Below the pieces are notes generated by a model. That model did no database searches. It saw nothing but the letters and a program-made list of their open reading frames with translations, and was not told where the DNA came from. A stretch of DNA of 64,000 nucleotides from contig DBFSET010000008.1 of the NCBI GenBank assembly GCA_048416615.1, forward strand, positions 48,206 to 112,205. The letters are read 5' to 3'. Origin of the DNA: Collinsella sp. Its GTDB lineage: Bacteria; Actinomycetota; Coriobacteriia; Coriobacteriales; Coriobacteriaceae. Shown piece by piece: positions 1 to 6,948 of this stretch (within the stretch, counting starts at the first letter, position 1; each line of letters opens with the position of its first letter). The position numbers were made by a program, and so were the translations under genes.

Positions 1-959
1 TCCTTCTCCTTGCCAAGGAACAGCCTGGCATATCTTTGCGCATATTCGCGAAGCTCCTTCAGCAGGCCCTCGGTATCCCCATCGTAGTCATCAGCGAAAT
101 AGCGTTTGAACTCGTGGTAGGCCTCGTTTTCTTTCGGCATCCTATTGGGAACCTTGAGCCACAGCCAGTACCAGATAAATGCATTGAACTCTTCTTCGCC
201 GCCTTTTCCGAACAAACACTCGAGCGGATGCCAGTAGCCCTCGTAAAGCTTGGTCTGCTCGTCGTTGGGAAGCGACATAAGAACGTAGTTACGAATGAGG
301 TCAATAGGCGTGAGCGGCTTGCCCTTGGAATTCATGGACTCAAATATGAGCTGGGCATTATCAACGCCAGCGGTGAGCTTAGTGTCGATGACCTGCACGC
401 GGTTTAGCCCCGCCCAAAGCCTTGCAGGGTCGAATGATTTCCCGTGCATCTTCTCGCGGAAGAACGCATGGTTCTCGACGATCCGATCCGATTTTTCATC
501 TGGCACGGGAGACCCAGACACGATGGAGAACAGCGTCTCTTTATCGTCCTGCGAGAGCACCAGCTTGTAGCGCGCCAGACCGTTGTAGTCATCATCGTTA
601 AAGAGGTAGTTCTTCCGCAGCGCTGAAATCTTGAGATCGCCAAGGAAGCCGGCCTTGTCGGGGTTGCTCTCCAAATAGTCAGCCAAAGCTGCAATCATCA
701 ACGAAAACGTCGTCATGCGCTGCTGCCCGTCAATCAGAAGCACGCGCGAAATACTCGTGGCAGAGCTCTCGGACTCGGGGATATAGAGCATCGACCCCAC
801 GAAGTGCGACACGCCATCACGACCCGCTCGCATAACGTCCTCCCAAAGCACTTCGCACTCTTTTACGCTCCACGAGTAAACTCGCTGGTACACAGGAATG
901 ACGAACTGCATCTTCGCCACGCCCATAAGGTCGAGTAGATTTGCCTCGGTTGCTTTCAT
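1..959 (-). CDS. DUF262-domain protein (GmrSD/ParB-like NTPase family), N-terminal part; gene runs off the left edge
   Basis: Absent from the ORF track because there is no stop in the window. My own reverse-strand translation from ATG (959-957) gives MKATEANLLDLMGVAKMQFVIPVYQRVYSW...RVLLIDGQQRMTTFSLMIAAL...IFESMNSKGKPLTPIDLIRNYV. These are the three DUF262 signature blocks (IPxYQRxYxW, DGQQR[LM]TT, FExxNxxGxxLxxxDLI[KR]N). GGGAG lies 9 nt upstream of the ATG. Confidence 0.85.
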   Translation of the reverse strand, partial: MKATEANLLDLMGVAKMQFVIPVYQRVYSWSVKECEVLWEDVMRAGRDGVSHFVGSMLYIPESESSATSISRVLLIDGQQRMTTFSLMIAALADYLESNPDKAGFLGDLKISALRKNYLFNDDDYNGLARYKLVLSQDDKETLFSIVSGSPVPDEKSDRIVENHAFFREKMHGKSFDPARLWAGLNRVQVIDTKLTAGVDNAQLIFESMNSKGKPLTPIDLIRNYVLMSLPNDEQTKLYEGYWHPLECLFGKGGEEEFNAFIWYWLWLKVPNRMPKENEAYHEFKRYFADDYDGDTEGLLKELREYAQRYARLFLGKEK

Positions 960-1411
960 TTGCGCTTGCTCCCTTTTCTTGTTTTACGTCACCTACCGTC
1001 AGTCCTCCACTGAACGGAGGGCGCTAAAGACGAGAGCATCGAAGCGCTGAAGCAACCGGGATGCTCATATCACTAGATTTTACAACGTAGGCAAACGCTG
1101 ACGCCGTCATGGTGGCGCGCAATCGTTGCACGCCACTCCCCAAAATCATCCGATATCAAAAGACCGACACTTGTGTATGTCTTTTGACATTGCCACAGTC
1201 TTACGGGCATCTTGCCTCATATGCCAAGAGCGGACTTCTGGATCGCTGCCTCTCCCGCCTAAAGGAGCTTGACAAGAACTGATCGAAGGGCAAATAAGAC
1301 ATCGAGCAAGTCACCGTCGCGCTCATCGCGCCTCACAAAAAGATGGGCAAGCACGGCGTCATCTTGATCGATGGCGATACTGGCAGGGAATTGTAGCCAG
1401 ATCGCCCGGAC

Positions 1412-3775
1412 CTATTCGCCGCCCGATGCTAACAAGCTGCTGAGCGACTCGCGCTCAGCAGCGGCGCCAACGCGCTTCTGCATCTTCTCGATCTGTTCAA
1501 GTGTTGAGGACAAATACTTGAGACCCTTCTTCAGTTGCTTAAGCAACCTGTCATCCCTGCGGTCCCCCTTTCCATTCTCCTTCTCGACATCTTCCTCAAC
1601 ACCAGCGATGCTACGCTGCACGGCCTCGGCCGCCTTCCGCACCAAAATGGCCCCTTCATGCGGACAACGGTCAGTTGCTACATCAAGAAAAGCAAGGAGC
1701 CTCGAACATTCGACGAGCACGAATTGCGCGTAGTTCTCCCCCATCGATGCCGCCAAGGCAACGCCGCCGGAACCCAATAGACCAAGCGCGGCGCCGCCGC
1801 CCGTAATCAAAGCAGTGCCACCGGCCATGCCCATGCCGCCGGCGGCCAAGGCCCCACCGCCAGCTGCAGCAAGGCTCGCATTGACAAGCGCAGCCTCGTG
1901 AAGGCCGACAAACGAGCCTCCGAAGATACCGACAGCAATATCCGGAGCGAGTACCGCGGCCGCCCCTCCTGCGCCTACGGCCGCCGCCACGACAATGACG
2001 CCACCCACCAAAAGCTTTGGCAATGTACCTGAAAGCTCGCGGAAGCGTGTCCCGCAACGTTTCTCGAGAGAACGTATGGCATCCAAATCAACCGCGTCTT
2101 GTCTCCTGGGAAATTCGTGTTTAACCCAAGATCCACTCTCCTTCAAACCTTTATATTCCTTCTTCTCTTCATCTCCCATCTGGGAATAGAGGCGAAACTC
2201 GACTAACTCCTGCGCAACCAGCAAGGCGCGTACCCTACCGCCTCGCTGCCGCGAAATAGCCTCAAGGGCTCCGTACGCGTCTTCCTCGCTCAAAAAGTAG
2301 CCGTCTGCATCAATGCCTAGGCCATCCGCGAGCGAATCCTGCCACGCGCGGGCCCAGCTCCTCTTTTGCCCTTTGCGCACTTCGTTCTTCTCGTTCCTGC
2401 AATCGTAGTTGATGGCGACAAGCTTCAGCGAGAAGGCAATCCTCGTCGTTTCTCTATCTAGGCTATAAAAGTGGAATCCATCGAAGATATCCTGGCGGCG
2501 CCTGGCGCGCTCAGCCCAGGCCTCGGAAATTTCCTCCGCCATATAGCCCCAGTCAGCATGGAGGGCAAACGCAAGGCGTCCAACTCCGACGTAGTTTATT
2601 CTCATGAAGAGCTTCTGGGCGAAAACGACCTTGTTCCCCTCGCATTCGATACCCGCCCTAACTGCTGCCGTCGCCAGATTTGCCAGAACGAACGAAGTGC
2701 TCGCAACCGTGACCATGCGAGTGAGGGCCCTGCTGTTGTAGGGCATGAAATGCGAAGCCTGGAGCTTGCGCAAGCCGGAGGCATCACTCACTTCGCAACG
2801 TTCTAGCTCGGCCTTGAGCCTTGAAAGCATGTAGAGACAACGAACGATAACCTCGTTGGCCACGACTGCTGGCACCTGGCTTAAAGCCTGATCGAGAAGA
2901 CCGACTTCCGTCCGAAGGTCGAAGCGAATGGGCTTGCCGTCCTCGGTTTTGAACGCCGTTCCGTTAAACAGCTTTGAGATCCATTGTTGAATGCGAATAT
3001 CCTCGCCCTTATAGGCAATCTGCATGTCTTGAAAAACGGGCAGGGAGGAGAGCTCCTTTAGCAGGGACAGCACGACGCCGGGAATGCCCGTCCCCTTACC
3101 GGGGTTTGAACTAGACCCCGCCATGTCGCTCACGAGATGCATCGCCCAGAACAGAGTGCCAAACGCGATCTTCTCTGGAACGTTCCTGCCTACAAGAGGG
3201 CAGTCGGGATCGAAGGCGGCGGCAGGCAGGTCAAAGGCGACAAACCTGCCGGCCGTATCGGTACCATAGCCTTTGCACGTGAATTGCGAGAGGATCGAAC
3301 ACGCAAGGCCAACCAAGCTCGGGTGGTGCGAGAAATCCCGCAGATGATGTTGGAGCCCGCCGCCAAACTCAGCAGTTAGCTTGTCCGTGGCAAGAGGAAA
3401 CTCTTTCTCTAGAAAGCGAATAGCGTCTTCTAGAGTTGCATCCGCCTTTGTCATACCCGCAGACTTGGCAATCGTAAGAACGAATTTGCCAACCTTCTCG
3501 TCGCCCCACTCTTTGGCACCCTCTAGGTTGAAGTCTTTCTGCCAAAGGATATTCAACGCGCCCGTGAGGAGCCCGCTAACGGCTGCAAGTTCATAGTCGA
3601 GCTTCGTAGCCTTTTCAGCCTGAGGGTCAAAATCAAAGAGGACCTCCTCCCCATCGGGAGCGTCCTTAAAACCAACCAGCACGGCGCTACCGTTCAGCGG
3701 CACAGATGTAACTTTGGGCAGTTGAGGCATGGCGTAAACTATCTCGCCAGCACTAAAAACAAGTTCGTCTGCCAT
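1412..3775 (-). CDS. large uncharacterised protein with Gly/Ala-rich hydrophobic (glycine-zipper-like) block and charged C-terminal tail
   Basis: ORF track gives 1412..3937 (841 aa, GTG start). I prefer ATG at 3775 (Met55) because AGGAGG lies 8 nt upstream (caGGAGGaagccgatATG). No family recognised. Roughly 1739-2014 encodes a ~92-aa block (LLVGGVIVVAAAVGAGGAAAVLAP...AAAGGGALAAGGMGMAGGTALITGGGAALGLLGSGG). It is followed by a charged heptad-like tail (LLKQLKKGLKYLSSTLEQIEKMQKRV). No competing long ORF on either strand. Confidence 0.75.
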   Translation of the reverse strand: MADELVFSAGEIVYAMPQLPKVTSVPLNGSAVLVGFKDAPDGEEVLFDFDPQAEKATKLDYELAAVSGLLTGALNILWQKDFNLEGAKEWGDEKVGKFVLTIAKSAGMTKADATLEDAIRFLEKEFPLATDKLTAEFGGGLQHHLRDFSHHPSLVGLACSILSQFTCKGYGTDTAGRFVAFDLPAAAFDPDCPLVGRNVPEKIAFGTLFWAMHLVSDMAGSSSNPGKGTGIPGVVLSLLKELSSLPVFQDMQIAYKGEDIRIQQWISKLFNGTAFKTEDGKPIRFDLRTEVGLLDQALSQVPAVVANEVIVRCLYMLSRLKAELERCEVSDASGLRKLQASHFMPYNSRALTRMVTVASTSFVLANLATAAVRAGIECEGNKVVFAQKLFMRINYVGVGRLAFALHADWGYMAEEISEAWAERARRRQDIFDGFHFYSLDRETTRIAFSLKLVAINYDCRNEKNEVRKGQKRSWARAWQDSLADGLGIDADGYFLSEEDAYGALEAISRQRGGRVRALLVAQELVEFRLYSQMGDEEKKEYKGLKESGSWVKHEFPRRQDAVDLDAIRSLEKRCGTRFRELSGTLPKLLVGGVIVVAAAVGAGGAAAVLAPDIAVGIFGGSFVGLHEAALVNASLAAAGGGALAAGGMGMAGGTALITGGGAALGLLGSGGVALAASMGENYAQFVLVECSRLLAFLDVATDRCPHEGAILVRKAAEAVQRSIAGVEEDVEKENGKGDRRDDRLLKQLKKGLKYLSSTLEQIEKMQKRVGAAAERESLSSLLASGGE

Positions 3776-4148
3776 ATCGGCTTCCTCCTGCAAACGCGTA
3801 AAATCAGATTGCTCTACGCCGCCAAATCCCTCTTCGTAGAAGTATTCGAAAATCTCGGTGATGCAGTTGCTCAGAACCTCGTCGGGATAGTTCGCCACTG
3901 GCAGCCTATACACCTCATTGTGCACGATGACGCACACAGCGTCACGGGTCTCTGCCTATCTGTTCAGCGAATCATGTTAGCAAGCCGCTCTTCAATAATG
4001 GAAGCCATCTCGATGTCCACGCTCTTGACCTGCTTGGTCCCAGCGAGTGTCAGCGCGTCCTTGAGTAGGATCCCAAACGCAGTCTTCTGCTGCTGATCCT
4101 AGAATCCTTCGCGCAACCATTCCGTCTGCTTGTCGCCAAATGAGCCTC

Positions 4149-4883
4149 CTACCTCCCCTCTGCCTTCAGCCTCAGCAGCAGGTCTCCCAGCTCGGGGCAC
4201 TTGTTGGAAAGGCGCGTCTGGGGTCGCTCGCCCATCCCCCACCGCTGGCGGACTTCCTGGGCGCACGGGCTCACGTGATAGTCCCCGTCCATCACCTGCT
4301 TGAGCAGCTTGGCGGTCACGCGCGCATCGGCCAGGGCACTGTGGGCGTGGCCCGTTGACTCGTCGAACTCGATGCCAAACCACGTTGCCGCGTCGCCTAA
4401 CGAGACGCGCCCGTGGCTACCAATGTCCATGATCGAGGTGTAAAACGCCTGCAGGTCGGCCCAGTCCGTAGGAAATGCGGAAAGGTCGATGTGCTTTGCC
4501 TGGCACTCGGTCAAAAGCTGTCGACGGTCCGTCCCGCTCCAACAGACCACTTGGGCGGAGTAGCGACCGATCCAATCGCTGAGCCTTTTGATCACCACAT
4601 AGAGCGGATCGGCCATCGCGGTATCCACCGCCGATATCCCCGTAAGCTCGCGAACGGGAAACGCAACGCCTTCGGTAAATTCCGTCTGCACAAACTGTGA
4701 GAACTCGCCCATAACGTTGCCGTGGTAATCGAGCTTGACGGCACCGACCTCGATAATCTCATTGCGCAGTCCACGGCGCTGGCGCTGCTTTGGCACCGGC
4801 GCAAACTCAAAGTCCAGCACGATCTGGCGCGCAAAGTTCGTCGTATCGATAGCCGAGATACACGGCGTCTTTTCAGCTGACAC
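4149..4883 (-). CDS. DEDDh-type 3'-5' exonuclease (KapD/ERI-1-like)
   Basis: 244-aa ORF. Exo I motif IVLDFEF (D-x-E) and Exo III motif HSALADARVTAKLL (H-x4-D) read directly from the translation. Confidence 0.85.
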   Translation of the reverse strand: MSAEKTPCISAIDTTNFARQIVLDFEFAPVPKQRQRRGLRNEIIEVGAVKLDYHGNVMGEFSQFVQTEFTEGVAFPVRELTGISAVDTAMADPLYVVIKRLSDWIGRYSAQVVCWSGTDRRQLLTECQAKHIDLSAFPTDWADLQAFYTSIMDIGSHGRVSLGDAATWFGIEFDESTGHAHSALADARVTAKLLKQVMDGDYHVSPCAQEVRQRWGMGERPQTRLSNKCPELGDLLLRLKAEGR

Positions 4884-5338
4884 GGTTAGGGCCTTTCTCC
4901 GTCAACTGCCGCTTGCTACATAGGCGGCTACATTGCCGTAAGGATAGGCGCCCGTGCGGACATGAAAGTGGGGCGCAATACCATGCGCTGGTCGCACGCC
5001 ATGCAGACGGCCCCAAGAGAATCGCCCGCTCTATTCAAATGCATGAAAAAGATTTAGGCCCGGTGACTTGAATCAGCGGTCATCCCGGGCCCATCAGAGC
5101 TCGTAGAGCTCTTGGTTGCTTTGGTCTCGCTCTTCACGGCGCTTATCGAACTTTCCGAGACACTCAAGCAGCATTCGAAGCATAACAAGTCGCTGCCATT
5201 AAGGCGCTGACCTCTTGACCAAGCAACGGCGCTGCCCAGCTATCACCCTTGGGCCGCCGTCAACTTTATTCTATCCGCGAGCATCTGGTTTACCAAATGG
5301 ATTTTCGGTAAAGGAAGCACGGCACGCCCGCAAAACCA

Positions 5339-6634
5339 CTACGCCCCAAGTGCCGCCATGGGAATCACCGCCACGCCGTCGTCGCGTGTGTAGGCAATGC
5401 TCCCCTTTCCAACCACGACCGCCAAAAACGCCGGCGCGGCATTCTGGGCGGCAGGATTGGAGAGCACTTTCCTCTCCAGCGCCTTGAGATTTCTCGCTCC
5501 ATCGTCTGCTTTCGCATCACTCAGCTTGACCTCGATGGCTCCCCAGCGCCCGTCGTGCTCAACGATCACATCGACCTCAAGGCCCTTCTCATCTCGGAAA
5601 TAATGGACACTGTTGTCGACACCGCCGTAGGTGGAAAGGAACACGCGCATGTCGCGCAGGACGAGATTCTCAAAGAGCATCCCCAGCGTTTGCATATCGC
5701 CAAGCAGCCGCTCAGGGGTAGCCCCCAGCAACGCCGCCGCAAGTGACGGGTCACAGAAGTAGCGCTTGGGGCGCACGCGAACGCGGGCCTTCGAGCGCAT
5801 GGGCGGCTCCCATCCGCACAGGTCCTCGGTCAGCTTGAGCCTGTTGAAGAGGTCCAAGTACGCAGCGATGGTCCTCTCGTCGGGGCCCGCCTCACCGTAC
5901 GAGGCGTCCTTTACGAGCGTCTTGTACGTGACAGCCTGGCTCTCGTTCATGGCAAGAGCTCGCAAAAGGCCGTGTGCAAGCTCGGGCGACATGCCCTCGT
6001 CCAGCACGTTGACGTCGAGCACCGAGTGCACGTACTGGCTTGCCGTCTCTCGCGCAAGATCTTCCGAAAGCCCAAGATTTGCAGGCCAACCGCCCCTGCA
6101 GCACCAGCGGGCGACGTCATCCACCGTGCTCTCGCGACGCTGAGGGGCAAAATCCTCGCCCTTAAAGAGGCTTGCCAGTGACACGAGCGGCTCGCCGTCG
6201 CCCGACTCACACAGGGCCATGGGGCGCATTGACAGACGGGCGATCCTACCCGTGCCGGAATGACGAACATGGCTGCGCTCCTCGCTTTTGAGCGCGGTCG
6301 AGCCCGTGAGCAAAAGTGTCCCCCGTTCGTTGCCGCTCGCGTCCACGAAACGCCGGGCGGCATCCCAAACCTCGGGCACCTCCTGCCATTCATCGACCAG
6401 GTGTGGCGCATCGCCGATGAGCGCCAGGCTTGGGTCGACCTCTGCCGCCGCACGCTGCGCAGGCTCATCGAGCCTGGAGACGCTCGCCGAGCGAGAGAGC
6501 GCCGTCCAGGTCTTGCCGCACCATTTGGGGCCGTTGATCTCCACACAGCCAAACGCCCGCATAAGGGTGTCGAGGCGCTCCTCTATGAGCCGGGGCCTAT
6601 ATCCCTTTTGGGTCAATCTCTTTGGTGCATCCAC
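5339..6634 (-). CDS. AAA-type ATPase with C-terminal DUF4143-like domain ('ATP-binding protein' family)
   Basis: 431 aa, GTG start with GAGAGGGA upstream. Walker A GPKWCGKTW. The C-terminal half carries blocks typical of DUF4143 proteins as I remember them (KRYFCDPSLAAALLG, GMLFENLVLRDMRVF, GLEVDVIVE). Confidence 0.8.
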   Translation of the reverse strand: MDAPKRLTQKGYRPRLIEERLDTLMRAFGCVEINGPKWCGKTWTALSRSASVSRLDEPAQRAAAEVDPSLALIGDAPHLVDEWQEVPEVWDAARRFVDASGNERGTLLLTGSTALKSEERSHVRHSGTGRIARLSMRPMALCESGDGEPLVSLASLFKGEDFAPQRRESTVDDVARWCCRGGWPANLGLSEDLARETASQYVHSVLDVNVLDEGMSPELAHGLLRALAMNESQAVTYKTLVKDASYGEAGPDERTIAAYLDLFNRLKLTEDLCGWEPPMRSKARVRVRPKRYFCDPSLAAALLGATPERLLGDMQTLGMLFENLVLRDMRVFLSTYGGVDNSVHYFRDEKGLEVDVIVEHDGRWGAIEVKLSDAKADDGARNLKALERKVLSNPAAQNAAPAFLAVVVGKGSIAYTRDDGVAVIPMAALGA

Positions 6635-6667
6635 AGACGGCCGTCCCTCTCTATCACGCGATATGCG

Positions 6668-6782
6668 AAATTACGCCATTCTCAATGCTGATTTTACGCT
6701 ACTTTCAATGTAGTTTTTACGCCATGACAGATGTAGTTTTTACGCCATTTTCATTGAAGGTTTTACGCTTGGCATCCTTAGC
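6668..6782. repeat. five tandem 23-bp repeats, exactly phased (consensus about TTTTTACGCCATTTTCAATGTAG)
   Basis: The TACGC core recurs at 6672, 6695, 6718, 6741 and 6764, a period of exactly 23 bp. AT-rich. Lies 35-150 bp upstream of the ATPase start codon at 6634. Confidence 0.9.
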
Positions 6783-6844
6783 GCGACGCTCGCTCAACCC
6801 CTGACCACCGGATTGCCCGAATTCCGGGATGCTGTCTCCGCTCC

Positions 6845-6880
6845 AAACAAAAGGCCCCAGCTCGCGATGGAGCCGGGGCC
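6845..6880 (-). terminator. intrinsic terminator downstream of the xdhD-like gene
   Basis: Minus-strand reading GGCCCCGGCTCcatcgcGAGCTGGGGCC followed by TTTTGTTT, about 70 nt after the stop at 6949. Confidence 0.75.
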
Positions 6881-6948
6881 AAAGGCGCAGCGTATGTAGT
6901 TGATGCTGAGCGCGAACAGCCCATCAGCAATGCCGTCTGCGCCCTACC

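Noticed and set aside
3964-4096. A 44-codon minus-strand frame between the exonuclease and the orphan gene (…QQQKTAFGILLKDALTLAGTKQVKSVDIEMASIIEERLANMIR*).
   Set aside because: The frame opens right after a stop codon. It has no usable start codon except ones leaving 13-17 aa, and it has no RBS. It may be a gene remnant, but I cannot support it as a feature.
5100-5190. A 29-aa minus-strand mini-ORF (MLRMLLECLGKFDKRREERDQSNQELYEL) followed by a GGCCCGG/CCGGGCC hairpin.
   Set aside because: Too short, with no convincing RBS and no recognisable family. It could be chance in a 455-bp spacer.
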